Notes: a model not told the origin generated them from the letters alone. Counted from the stretch's first letter, positions 8,799-18,119 are shown. The stretch is 38,726 bases of DNA from Candidatus Parcubacteria bacterium (GCA_039798685.1 JBDKFM010000003.1:1-38726), one strand, 5' to 3'. Made by a program: numbers and translations.

Positions 8799-8812
8799 AA
8801 GGTTCCCTCAAG

Positions 8813-8845
8813 GTTCCGCATTTTTCTAGGGAATGCGGAACTTTT
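8813..8845 (+). terminator. Probable intrinsic terminator
   Basis: gttccgcatt-N9-aatgcggaac stem followed by tttt. Confidence 0.7.
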
Positions 8846-8891
8846 CCTGTTTTGAAGTTGCGAAGATTTTTGTATACTGTGTACTCAAGAA

Positions 8892-10010
8892 ATGGAGCAA
8901 GAATTACCACCACATATGGTTTCTCCGGCGCACACTCAGTGGAGTAGAAAGCGAATCGTTCTTTCTCTACTTGTCATTGTATTTCTTCTTTGTTTGATCG
9001 TTCTTTTTTTGTTTCTGACAAAAAGTGGTAAAACGATTGTCAAACAGGCAAGAGAGTCACTCGTTGAGTCGATTTCCCCCACACCTTTTCCGTATGCAGA
9101 GATGACGATTCCGGCACTTCGGAATCGTACATATTCGAGCAGTCTTGGAGAACTTGAGTTTTTGAGTGATAACGGAAGTTATACAACGTATACAACATCG
9201 TATCTTTCTGACGGATTGCGTATCAACGGTTTATTGACAATCCCAACTGGTCAACAGCCTCCTGGATGGCCTGATAACGTGCAGAAATGGCCAGCAATTG
9301 TGTTTATTCACGGATATATTCCGCCATCTCTCTACGTGACGACAGAAAAATATGGGGATTATATTGATTACTTAGCGAGAAATGGTTTCGTGGTGTTTAA
9401 GATCGATCTTCGCGGACATGGTGAATCAGAAGGTGAGCCGGGAGGCGGATATTATGGAGCAGACTATGTGACAGATACCCTCAATGCATATGCTGCGCTG
9501 CAGAATACATCATTTGTTGATCCGAAACGGATCGGTCTTTGGGGGCATAGTATGGCAGGAAATATCGTACTGAGGAGTCTTGCCGCGAGGCCGACAATTC
9601 CGGCTGTCGTGATCTGGGCCGGGGCAGTGTATTCGTATGTGGATATGGCCAAATACGGCATCGATGACAATAGCTATAGACCACCAACGGATGCGACACG
9701 AAGGCTAAATAGGAGGCGTGATCTGTTTGAAAAAAACGGTAGTCCGAGTGCACAAAGTGCGTTCTGGCGGCTTGTTGCTCCGACAAATTTCCTTACCGAT
9801 ATCAAAGGAGCGATTCAGCTGAATCATGCGACAGATGATGATGTGGTAAATATAGGGTATAGTCGTGATCTTGATGCGCTTCTTGATGACACAAATGTTC
9901 CGCATGAGCTGCATGAGTATACGAGCGGTGGACACAATATCACGGGAAATAGTTTTGTGAGCGCTATGGAAAATACCGTACGGTTTTTTAAGGAGCATTT
10001 AAATGGCTAA
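8892..10010 (+). CDS. Membrane-anchored alpha/beta hydrolase (S9 peptidase-like)
   Basis: N-terminal TM; IVFIHGY, DLRGHGES, nucleophile GHSMAG, HATDDDVV, GGHN. Confidence 0.9.
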   Translation: MEQELPPHMVSPAHTQWSRKRIVLSLLVIVFLLCLIVLFLFLTKSGKTIVKQARESLVESISPTPFPYAEMTIPALRNRTYSSSLGELEFLSDNGSYTTYTTSYLSDGLRINGLLTIPTGQQPPGWPDNVQKWPAIVFIHGYIPPSLYVTTEKYGDYIDYLARNGFVVFKIDLRGHGESEGEPGGGYYGADYVTDTLNAYAALQNTSFVDPKRIGLWGHSMAGNIVLRSLAARPTIPAVVIWAGAVYSYVDMAKYGIDDNSYRPPTDATRRLNRRRDLFEKNGSPSAQSAFWRLVAPTNFLTDIKGAIQLNHATDDDVVNIGYSRDLDALLDDTNVPHELHEYTSGGHNITGNSFVSAMENTVRFFKEHLNG

Positions 10011-10085
10011 TGGCTTTTTGTGTTGAAAAAGTAGGAATGAACGTTCTTTCTTGACAAACGACGCATATTGCACTACTATCAGCCT

Positions 10086-10766
10086 GTGGATAACGCAGAA
10101 CCGACAGCGCAAACGACGAAATCATCGGGGTCACAGAAATTTATTCTTCCTCTCATTCTTCTCTCAATTCTCATCATAGCCGGTGCAGGTGCCTACATGT
10201 TTCTTGCAAAAAACACTTCAGAAAAACAGGACTCCAAGGCAGTTGTCGCTGAGACAGTTCCTTCTCCGACCACAGGTACTGTGATTTCCTCCATCAAAGA
10301 AGCACTCGCAGGTTCACAAAGTATCAGGTGTGATTTTACAGATGAGACAGGTCGTCAGACAACGTCATATCTGAAGTCCGGATCTGTGCGGACTGATTAT
10401 ACAGGTGCTGATCCGGACGATTCCGGCAGTATGCTTATGAAGGACGAGACGCTTTATATCTGGAACGGCAAAGAAGGGACAAAAATGGCGTTTGATATGC
10501 AGGCAATGATGAACAAGGCAGGTAGTATTGCTCCTACAGCAACGAAAAAATCATCCACATCTGACCAGGAGGAATTTCTCAGTACTCTTGAAAAATACAA
10601 AGAAAGTTGTAAGCCAGCGACAGTTGATGATGCGTTATTTACTCCACCTGCAGATGTAAAATTTACTGATTTGTCATCCATGATGCAAAAAGCCACACAA
10701 TCAATCCCTACAGGCGGATTAACTGAGGAGCAGAAAAAGGCCCTCGAGGAACTTACCAACCAATAA
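10086..10766 (+). CDS. Hypothetical membrane-anchored protein
   Basis: Single TM, Cys pair, LFTPPADVKFTD motif. Start moved to GTG 10086 because TTGACA(10051)-17-TACTAT ends 6 nt upstream. Confidence 0.75.
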   Translation: MDNAEPTAQTTKSSGSQKFILPLILLSILIIAGAGAYMFLAKNTSEKQDSKAVVAETVPSPTTGTVISSIKEALAGSQSIRCDFTDETGRQTTSYLKSGSVRTDYTGADPDDSGSMLMKDETLYIWNGKEGTKMAFDMQAMMNKAGSIAPTATKKSSTSDQEEFLSTLEKYKESCKPATVDDALFTPPADVKFTDLSSMMQKATQSIPTGGLTEEQKKALEELTNQ

Positions 10767-10919
10767 TCATCCTCCAGTTTTACTCATCACACCTAAGGCA
10801 GATACGATTTGTAACGCATACGTGTGACTCAACACGATTGTATTACAGTGTATTTCTGCATAAAACAGTACAATGAAGTCGCGACACATGAATATATACG
10901 TGAAAGGAGGTGAGATAAC

Positions 10920-11177
10920 ATGAATTTTTTAGTGTTTATTATTTTTGGTGCGATTGCAGGATGGCTTGCATCACTCGTCATGAAGACAAATGCCAGTCAG
11001 GGTTTGATGATGGATATCATCATGGGTATCGTCGGAGCGGTCGTTGGAGGATGGCTCTTTAATACATTTGGTCAGCCGGGCGTGACAGGATTTAATGTGT
11101 ATAGTTTTGTCGTGGCTGTTGTTGGTGCAAGTGTTGTTATTTGGATCGGCAGAATGCTGATGAGGAAAAACGTATAG
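10920..11177 (+). CDS. GlsB/YeaQ/YmgE (transglycosylase-associated) membrane protein
   Basis: IIFGAIAGWLAS...IIMGIVGAVVGGWLF...SFVVAVVGA; strong SD. Confidence 0.93.
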   Translation: MNFLVFIIFGAIAGWLASLVMKTNASQGLMMDIIMGIVGAVVGGWLFNTFGQPGVTGFNVYSFVVAVVGASVVIWIGRMLMRKNV

Positions 11178-11191
11178 TCCTCGAAATATTT

Positions 11192-11222
11192 AAAAAGGGT
11201 AGAGAGCAGCTCTATCCTTTTT
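11192..11222. terminator. Bidirectional intrinsic terminator
   Basis: aaaaagggtagag-agcag-ctctatccttttt between convergent genes. Confidence 0.85.
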
Positions 11223-11298
11223 ACTTTTGAAAGCAAGTTTAATGTTTTTGTTCATTTTTAATGATGTATCTGAGTAGAAGAAGAGATTCCTGAAGAGC

Positions 11299-12315
11299 TC
11301 ATTTACTATGAAATATACCTCTCACAGAGATTGGGTTTCGTTTGATAAAACTGACACGCGGGTATCGTCGTTGGGAGACAATCTCGCTCGCAATGGCTGA
11401 GTTCCATGCCCATTGTTTTTGAATCGGTGAACCATTTCCTGAGAGATTCCCTTGCGCGAGACATCCTACAGTTGGTGAGACAGTTGGTAAGGAATCAATA
11501 AGCATTCTCGCATTTCGTCTGTAGTGCTCAACTAGTCCCTGTCCATATTTTGAGAAGTCAAGCTTACGATCGTCTCCTTCACCTACAAGTTGAAAATTCT
11601 CTATTTCAAATGGTGTAAATGGCAACCTGGGAAATTCTTTGAGCATTTCTATAACAGGAATAGATACGTCGGCATGATCGCTAGCGAGTTTGCTTACAAC
11701 CGGAAATGAGTTCTTCGCAGTTATCGCGTAGTCATCCGGTGACAGTTCTGTTCCGAGTTTTGCTGCTACGTCGAGTAGTCCTGACATCACATCACAATTT
11801 GTCGTAATACCTTCTCGCATCAGGAATCTAAAGCCAGGTTCTCTTCGTTTTTCAGGATTTATCTCATGCAGGAACCATGTGAGCATATCGAGTCGTCTGT
11901 ACGCTGAGGAAAGATTCGGATCACCCATGCCAACTTCGAACGCACGTGCTTCATTTTCCATGGTTTCTTCAAGCGTTGATCGCATAAGCCTGCCCATGAC
12001 TTGAAACGCATCGTCGAAACTCGGATAAATTCTGCTCGATTGATACGTAACAGGATATGCGGATTCATCAAGAGGCGCTACCAAACCCCATTCACCACGT
12101 CTATGTGCGTAAGCCTCATCTATAATTCTGTCGGCGAATAGAAGACCGAGTGCAAAGAGTTCCGGCTTGAGTGTATTTGTGAGCGCGATCGCTTCTTTAC
12201 TGTCAGGCTTAATTTTTCCAAACGGAAGAACCGGGTGTTCATATTGAGAAGGGTTGTATCCGTTGTCTCGAAAATGTCTTGCTTGTTTCACTATTCCCGT
12301 CACTCTTTCGCCCAT
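11299..12315 (-). CDS. Hypothetical protein
   Basis: 338-aa ORF with own promoter TTGTAA-17-TATAAT; no recognised motif. Confidence 0.75.
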   Translation of the reverse strand: MGERVTGIVKQARHFRDNGYNPSQYEHPVLPFGKIKPDSKEAIALTNTLKPELFALGLLFADRIIDEAYAHRRGEWGLVAPLDESAYPVTYQSSRIYPSFDDAFQVMGRLMRSTLEETMENEARAFEVGMGDPNLSSAYRRLDMLTWFLHEINPEKRREPGFRFLMREGITTNCDVMSGLLDVAAKLGTELSPDDYAITAKNSFPVVSKLASDHADVSIPVIEMLKEFPRLPFTPFEIENFQLVGEGDDRKLDFSKYGQGLVEHYRRNARMLIDSLPTVSPTVGCLAQGNLSGNGSPIQKQWAWNSAIASEIVSQRRYPRVSFIKRNPISVRGIFHSK

Positions 12316-12431
12316 AGTAATAAAAGATTATAGCGTCTCAGTATGGGAATTACAAATTATAGGACAGGATTGTATCTGACTGGATGAGGGAGTATATGTC
12401 CATTGATTGGGTGACACCGTTTGTTAATTTC

Positions 12432-13448
12432 CTATGAAGAAGCAGGAAAAATCTGAGTCATTGCCTGCGCGAGCATCTCCGGATTGTGTCTAACAACGTG
12501 CAATCCGTCTCTACTCGTTACTAAGTTCGTTGCCTGATGCTGGATAATTTGTATTCCTTCATCTGCTGCTCTATACAGATCACTGTCCTCCCACCCTAAG
12601 AAAAATGAGTGATCCTTTGCATATGCTTCGGCGACTGTTGGGTATCGAGATTCAAACTCTTGTCGTGTCATTTCCGGTATGATTAGTCCGTCGATTCGTC
12701 TGCCTGAATATTCTTCTACTTTTTCCACAAAGTCGAGCGGGGTATACTCATGATTTTCATTTCTGGTACTCGTAAGGTTGGTTACCATGTACACTTCAGC
12801 CTTTGATTTCGCAAGCGCTTCTTTCATACCAACAGGTAAAAAGTTTGAGAGCACTGAGCCATGCATGCTCCCACATGCTAAAACGATACGTGATGCATTT
12901 TCAACTGTTTTTGCTGTTTTTGGGAAGACGGGGACACTTGGTTCCAGATCCATCTTTACCACCATTGCCGCTGAGAGTCTCTGGTAGTCGAGGTTGTGTT
13001 CTCCCGAAAACTGTCTGCCTAAGTCATCCTGGAAGACGATGTGTGCGGGTACTGTTGAAGAGGGAAGGACTCTTCCCAAAAGCGGAATGCCAAATGTCTG
13101 AGCATCGTGCTCTATTTGAGCAAAGCCTCGTTCCTGATCAAAAAACCTATCCATAATTTCCTGTCCGAGGACTTCGTCTCTTTCGTTTCTATTGCTGATC
13201 CATCTGATAAATGTCGCGACGGCGGGATTGTCACTATCCGGTTTGATGAGTGAACGAAGAATTTTTAACCCGTCTGCATAGGCAACCTCATTGCCACGTG
13301 CGTTTAGACGCCTTCGTCCTGTAGCTCCTCCTGAATCAAACATTGCTGCGACAGCGTCGATATGATCGACCTGACCGGTTCGTAGCAGTGCCTCATTTAT
13401 GACCGGTGAGCCTGTGCCTCCACCGATTGTGACTATTTCTCTTGGCAT
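12432..13448 (-). CDS. YvcK/CofD-family protein (divergent)
   Basis: IVTIGGGTG, FDSGGATGR, GEHNLD, VYMVTNL, VRHNPEMLA. Confidence 0.85.
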   Translation of the reverse strand: MPREIVTIGGGTGSPVINEALLRTGQVDHIDAVAAMFDSGGATGRRRLNARGNEVAYADGLKILRSLIKPDSDNPAVATFIRWISNRNERDEVLGQEIMDRFFDQERGFAQIEHDAQTFGIPLLGRVLPSSTVPAHIVFQDDLGRQFSGEHNLDYQRLSAAMVVKMDLEPSVPVFPKTAKTVENASRIVLACGSMHGSVLSNFLPVGMKEALAKSKAEVYMVTNLTSTRNENHEYTPLDFVEKVEEYSGRRIDGLIIPEMTRQEFESRYPTVAEAYAKDHSFFLGWEDSDLYRAADEGIQIIQHQATNLVTSRDGLHVVRHNPEMLAQAMTQIFPASS

Positions 13449-13522
13449 AGTCTTGTTATGGTAGCAGATTATTACTATAAGTCAAATTTTGAGCGTGAAT
13501 TGAAGCGATTTATTCGTTAAAA

Positions 13523-14113
13523 CTATGAGGATTTATACTCGTCTTTTATGTCACTCGCGTAGTCGCGGAGAAGCTTGTGGATCTTCGGGTCAATGACGAA
13601 ACTACAATATGATTTTTCTTTATTTCGGTCAAAATAATTTTTATGGTAGTCTTCAGCGACATAGAAATTTGTAAATGGGACAATCTCCGTGACGACAGGA
13701 TCGGCGTACACTTTTTCTTTTTCAAGTTCCTGTTTTGATTTCTCGGCAATTTCTTTTTGCTTCTCATCATGATAGAAGATGCTTGAGCGATACTGCGGTC
13801 CGATGTCATTGCCTTGTTGGTTGAGGGTAGTCGGGTTATGTGTATGCCAGAAGATATCCAGAATTTTTTCAAACGGGATAAGAGTTGGGTCAAACTCTAT
13901 CTGTATTGTTTCAGCATGGCCTGTGTTGCCGGCTGTCACCGCTTCGTATGCAGGATTTTCAACAAATCCGCCAGCGTATCCGGGCATGACTGAGGTTACT
14001 CCCTTGAGTCGTTTGAAAATTGCCTCAGTGCACCAGAAGCATCCGCCTGCAAGCGTTGCGGTCTCGTGGTGGGTGTTTTCAATGGTTTTCGTTGCTTGTT
14101 GAAGGTTACTCAT
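13523..14113 (-). CDS. msrA: Peptide methionine (S)-sulfoxide reductase
   Basis: AGGCFWCTE, GYAGG, TGHAE, QGNDIGPQYRS, AEDYHKNY. Start at ATG 14113, overlapping the msrB stop. Confidence 0.96.
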   Translation of the reverse strand: MSNLQQATKTIENTHHETATLAGGCFWCTEAIFKRLKGVTSVMPGYAGGFVENPAYEAVTAGNTGHAETIQIEFDPTLIPFEKILDIFWHTHNPTTLNQQGNDIGPQYRSSIFYHDEKQKEIAEKSKQELEKEKVYADPVVTEIVPFTNFYVAEDYHKNYFDRNKEKSYCSFVIDPKIHKLLRDYASDIKDEYKSS

Positions 14114-14489
14114 GGTGTACTTCAGGAAGCGTTTCACCTTTTTTAATAAACTGGATAGAGAGTGAGTTGACGCAGTGTCTGGTGTCTTTGTCGGTGAGTT
14201 TCTCACCCAAAAAGACGTGTCCCAGATGTCCGCCACAGTTTGCACACTGAATCTCAGTTCTTTGTCCGTCCGGATCCGGGATGCGCTTTACTGCATCTGG
14301 GAAATTTGCATCAAATGCCGGCCAGCCGCAGTGGGCGTTGAATTTACTTTCTGCAGAGAAGAGGGGAGAGTTGCATCGTCTGCAGATAAAGAGTCCGTCC
14401 TCATAAAAATCATCATACTCACCAGAAAAAGGAGGTTCTGTGCCTTTTCCTGTGATGATCATTTCTTCTTTAGGAGTCAGGGTGTTCAT
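14106..14489 (-). CDS. msrB: Methionine (R)-sulfoxide reductase
   Basis: GTEPPFSG, CRRC, CGWPAF, RTEIQCANCGGHLGHVF, RHCVNS. Confidence 0.97.
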   Translation of the reverse strand: MNTLTPKEEMIITGKGTEPPFSGEYDDFYEDGLFICRRCNSPLFSAESKFNAHCGWPAFDANFPDAVKRIPDPDGQRTEIQCANCGGHLGHVFLGEKLTDKDTRHCVNSLSIQFIKKGETLPEVHHE

Positions 14490-14534
14490 GCGTTGTTAGT
14501 ATAGCATGGAATGTGAATTTTTCTGTTGTGAGAC

Positions 14535-15197
14535 TTATTGGATGAGACTTATGGCCCGACTTGCGACCATACCGATTATGATGAGTGAGATAAATGCTTC
14601 AATCATCATAAGAAGCTTTGCGCGTTTTGAGAGTGGGAGAGTATCTGCTGGTGAAAATCCGGTACTGGTAAAAAATGAGAAGAAAAGATAATCGAGAAAT
14701 TTCGGCTTCCACTCCTTCCAGCCCGGAATATCTGATTGATACTGAGGAAATAACAAATCATATCGGGTTTTTTCGTCGTTTTTCAGTCGGGAAATAGGTC
14801 CACCTCGGTCGACGATCCAGTACCAGAGACTAAACACAATCAGGCTGACAGCCCAGATGATAAACGCATCGGCGAGAATAACTTTACCATCATCTGCAAT
14901 GACGGGGTTTATGATCAGAAGATAGAGATTGATGATGATATGAAAGGTGAGAAATGAGAGGAGGAGGACGAAGCTCATCTTTAGAATATGAGTATTTTTT
15001 AACATAATTGCGATCGTACTCACAAAAACATAGAGAACATAGACAGCAAATGACATCTGCAAATTCGCAAACGCGACGATTGATGATGGTGTGCTCGATG
15101 TGAGATGGATGAAGAGTTGATTATTTATGAGCGCAACAGCCAGGAGAAGAAAGGCAATTTTTAGTTCAAACCAGAGATTTTTTTGTACGTGTGCCAT
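14535..15197 (-). CDS. DUF1345-like membrane protein
   Basis: Multiple TMs; DLLFPQ...WKPKFLDYLFFSF..STGFSPADTLPLS; SD gaggaggt before ATG 15197. Confidence 0.8.
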   Translation of the reverse strand: MAHVQKNLWFELKIAFLLLAVALINNQLFIHLTSSTPSSIVAFANLQMSFAVYVLYVFVSTIAIMLKNTHILKMSFVLLLSFLTFHIIINLYLLIINPVIADDGKVILADAFIIWAVSLIVFSLWYWIVDRGGPISRLKNDEKTRYDLLFPQYQSDIPGWKEWKPKFLDYLFFSFFTSTGFSPADTLPLSKRAKLLMMIEAFISLIIIGMVASRAISLIQ

Positions 15198-15287
15198 AAA
15201 TACCTCCTCTTTATACTCGTAAGAATCAGCTCGAAAGTCAAGTAGAATGACTTGACAGATATCTCTCTTATGATTCATATTATTTCT

Positions 15288-15476
15288 ATGGCGAAGAAGT
15301 TAAAAGCGAAAAAACAGACAGAGAGTTTCTGGCACGTATACAAACAGTACATTGTGCCTTCCCTTATCGGTGGTGTCATTGCCTGGATTTTTTCTGAGGA
15401 TCTGCGTCTTGGTGTGATGGTGGGTATCACTGTCTGGATTGGAAGTTGGATTGGTATGTATCTCCGCCGGAAATAA
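15288..15476 (+). CDS. Small hypothetical membrane protein
   Basis: Two hydrophobic segments; TTGACA at 15252 and a -10-like box just upstream of ATG 15288. Confidence 0.6.
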   Translation: MAKKLKAKKQTESFWHVYKQYIVPSLIGGVIAWIFSEDLRLGVMVGITVWIGSWIGMYLRRK

Positions 15477-15532
15477 CCCCTTCTGTAGAGTATTTTCTCA
15501 CTTCTCGTTTTTGTTATACTTTTCTTGTGAAT

Positions 15533-15940
15533 ATGTTTAAGTCGACAGGGGCAAAAACCCCTGAAGAATATATACGATCAATTGATGAGCCGAGGCGGTC
15601 TGAGATGCGGAAGATGCATGAGTTTATTATCTCAGTAGTTCCGGATCTGAAATCGTTTATGATCTCGGGTATGATCGGTTACGGTTCGTACCATTATGTC
15701 TATGCAAGCGGGAGAGAAGGAGACTGGTCTGTGATAGGACTAGCCAGTCAGAAGAATTATATTTCCGTATACGTGTGTGCGGTCACAGAAGGAGTGTATA
15801 TTGCAGAGAAATATAAGAAAGATCTTCCAAAAGCAAGTATAGGTCGGAGTTGTGTGCGGTTCAAAAAAATAGAAGATGTAGATTTTGGTATTCTTAAAAA
15901 AATGCTTCTTGAAGCTGCAGCTACTCTCCCAAAGACATGA
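15533..15940 (+). CDS. DUF1801 (YdhG-like) protein
   Basis: TPEEYI, MIGYGSYHY.YASGREGDW..IGLASQKNYISVY, GRSCVRFKK; start moved to ATG 15533. Confidence 0.9.
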   Translation: MFKSTGAKTPEEYIRSIDEPRRSEMRKMHEFIISVVPDLKSFMISGMIGYGSYHYVYASGREGDWSVIGLASQKNYISVYVCAVTEGVYIAEKYKKDLPKASIGRSCVRFKKIEDVDFGILKKMLLEAAATLPKT

Positions 15941-15990
15941 TTTGTGAGTTTACTTTTTCCATACAGTCGGTTACAGTAAAAAAGAGGAGG

Positions 15991-16078
15991 CTTGCCCCTC
16001 CGAAGCCCGACTAGGACATTGTTAAAAAGAAGAAAAGTGAAACCCGCCTACGTTATCACATCGGCGGGCGAAGGGGGG
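15991..16078. repeat. Nested GC-rich palindromic (REP-like) element
   Basis: Outer arms cccctccgaagccc / gggcgaagggggg; inner stem cccgcc-N14-ggcggg (16043-16068). Confidence 0.6.
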
Positions 16079-16087
16079 TGAATATAT

Positions 16088-16513
16088 ATGACTATTGAAG
16101 TGAATTATCTCGCAGTATTACTTGCAGGAGTTGTCTCGATGGTACTTGGTTTTCTCTGGTATTCTCCGATTATTCTTGGTAAGCCATGGATGAAAGAGAG
16201 AGGATTTACTGCTGAGAGCATGAAGAAGGCGCAGAAAGAGATGGGAAAACTTTACGGTGTATCTTTTGTCGTCAGCCTTATAACAGCCTATGTGTTGTCA
16301 CATGTGATGACTTTATCGATGAGTTTCTTTCGTTATGATGCACTGACGGCTGGGTTTTCGACAGCGTTTTTTATGTGGCTTGGATTTGTGATGCCCGTAC
16401 AACTGACGGGAACAATTTTCAGTGATAAGAAAAACTGGAAATTACTCGCAATTGATACAGGATATCAACTCGTCTCGCTTCTCGGGATGGGCGTTGTACT
16501 CTCGATGCTTTAA
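16088..16513 (+). CDS. DUF1761 family membrane protein
   Basis: VNYLAVLLA...LGFLWYSP..LGKPWM...WLGFV.P...IDTGYQLV. Confidence 0.9.
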   Translation: MTIEVNYLAVLLAGVVSMVLGFLWYSPIILGKPWMKERGFTAESMKKAQKEMGKLYGVSFVVSLITAYVLSHVMTLSMSFFRYDALTAGFSTAFFMWLGFVMPVQLTGTIFSDKKNWKLLAIDTGYQLVSLLGMGVVLSML

Positions 16514-16529
16514 TTGCGTATTTTTTTTG

Positions 16530-16560
16530 AGACACGCGGAAATACCGCGTGTCTTTTTTT
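16530..16560 (+). terminator. Intrinsic terminator
   Basis: agacacgcgg-aaata-ccgcgtgtct followed by a T run. Confidence 0.85.
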
Positions 16561-16573
16561 GTATAATCGATCT

Positions 16574-17152
16574 ATGAAGAGTGATGAGTACCCCATACTT
16601 TTTTTTGAGACGCAAAAAGCATGGGAATCGTGGTTGATGACGCATCATGCAGAGACACTCGGTGTTTGGCTCAAATTCGCCAAGAAAAAGAGTGGTCATA
16701 CATCAGTACAGTACGATGAGGCACTCGATGTTGCGCTTTGTTACGGATGGATCGACAGTCAGACTAAATCACTTGATGACGCATTTTATCTCCAGAAATT
16801 TACACCCCGTGGTCCGAGAAGTATCTGGTCAAAAATAAATACCGCACATATAGAAAGACTCACACGACTCGGAAAGATGGAGCCAGCAGGTGTTGCGCAG
16901 GTAGAAGCGGCAAAAAAAGACGGCAGATGGGAGAGGGCGTACAGTTCACCTGAGACGATGCAGATACCTGAGGATTTTTTACAGCTTCTTACGAAACATG
17001 CAAAAGCGCACGCATTTTTTCAGACACTGAACAAAACAAACAGATATGCTATCGCGTGGCGAATAGAGACAGCCAAAAAAGAGGAAACCCGCCAGCGTCG
17101 GATGCAGACTATTCTTACGATGCTTGAAAAAGGAGAGAAATTTCATTCATGA
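16574..17152 (+). CDS. YdeI/OmpD-associated family protein
   Basis: ALCYGWIDSQ, FTPRGPRSIWSKIN, AKKDGRW, AKKEETRQRR; start moved to 16574 (TATAAT 6 nt upstream). Confidence 0.93.
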   Translation: MKSDEYPILFFETQKAWESWLMTHHAETLGVWLKFAKKKSGHTSVQYDEALDVALCYGWIDSQTKSLDDAFYLQKFTPRGPRSIWSKINTAHIERLTRLGKMEPAGVAQVEAAKKDGRWERAYSSPETMQIPEDFLQLLTKHAKAHAFFQTLNKTNRYAIAWRIETAKKEETRQRRMQTILTMLEKGEKFHS

Positions 17153-17652
17153 GAAAAGTAGTGGTGCATGATTTGATGCAGAATGGTTATACCTATACGT
17201 GTACAGAGCCTCTAGGACAGAACTTCGCATCCGATTTTGCACCTGAGCTCACACCAAAAGAGATGCTGAGACTTGGAGTCTTTGGAGGAAAGTATATGAC
17301 TGATTGTCAGAAAGAATTTCCAAAAGACTGGTTTACGCATGCGAAACTCAGTCACGAAGTTCATGATCCGGAGCTGAATTTTTTTAAGGTCAATGCCAGT
17401 CAGCCATTGTCTGAGTGGCGGCGCAAACACTGGGTCAGTCCTGAGGATCCGAGGGGATGGTTTCAGTGGTACTGTCGGTACTATATGGGCAGAAGAATTC
17501 CTGAGGTAGATTCCGTGCAGATTAAGAGATGGAAGGGGATAACACGTCACATCGCACAGCTCAAAAAACACTGCAGAAAAGGGGATTTTTCCTGTCGGCC
17601 GGTACAACGGCAGGCGCTCCTGCACTGGGCATATGACAGTAGGGAACTCTAG
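17149..17652 (+). CDS. Conserved hypothetical protein (DPRGWFQWYCRYYMGRR family)
   Basis: Dense aromatic motifs LGVFGGKYM, DPRGWFQWYCRYYMGRR, RQALLHWAYD; ATGA overlap with the upstream gene. Confidence 0.85.
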   Translation: MRKVVVHDLMQNGYTYTCTEPLGQNFASDFAPELTPKEMLRLGVFGGKYMTDCQKEFPKDWFTHAKLSHEVHDPELNFFKVNASQPLSEWRRKHWVSPEDPRGWFQWYCRYYMGRRIPEVDSVQIKRWKGITRHIAQLKKHCRKGDFSCRPVQRQALLHWAYDSREL

Positions 17653-18119
17653 GATTTTTTCTTTGTTCTGAGGAAGACAGCGATGACTGCTCCGTAGAGA
17701 GTTCCCATGATGAGAGCCGCGACAAATTGCACAAGCACATCCATGAGGATAACCATCCCGAGTGAGGATATCTGCATGCCGTATTCCTGTCGCATAAAGA
17801 CGACGATTTCAGGATTGATAAGTAGATAATAGATCAGATACACAAAAGGTGAGGTGAGTGCATAGACAAGTGCGATGAGAAAGCCTTCTTTTGTTCCTTC
17901 TCTCCATGATAATTTTCCCTGTAATTTCTTTTTATGTGCGCGTATACCGAAATACCAGACGAGGACAGGAGTGACCGCGATAAAGACGAACTCAAAAGGT
18001 GAGCGTTCTTTCAGCTGTGTGTACTGACCGGTGAGGTGCATTATGAGGATAAACGCCGCAGTTAGCGCTGACATGATCAGTCCGTACTTTACATGCGTTT
18101 TTTCCAGAAGTTCCTTCAT
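17649..18119 (-). CDS. DUF4199-like membrane protein
   Basis: KYGLIMS, four TMs, LSWREGTKEGF, YY..INPE. Confidence 0.75.
   Translation of the reverse strand: MKELLEKTHVKYGLIMSALTAAFILIMHLTGQYTQLKERSPFEFVFIAVTPVLVWYFGIRAHKKKLQGKLSWREGTKEGFLIALVYALTSPFVYLIYYLLINPEIVVFMRQEYGMQISSLGMVILMDVLVQFVAALIMGTLYGAVIAVFLRTKKKS

Noticed and set aside
9265-9293. atggcc duplication giving GWPDNVQKWP in the hydrolase
   Set aside because: Only a 6-bp repeat, which is insufficient evidence of an insertion.
14114-14245. N-terminal extension of MsrA in the ORF track / MsrB-MsrA fusion
   Set aside because: The extension is an alternative frame of msrB. ATG 14113 gives a normal MsrA and the genes are separate with a short overlap.
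16514-16573. ORF-track N-terminus MRIFFET echoing ILFFET in YdeI
   Set aside because: It overlaps a terminator, the match is mostly a T run, and the true start is likely 16574.
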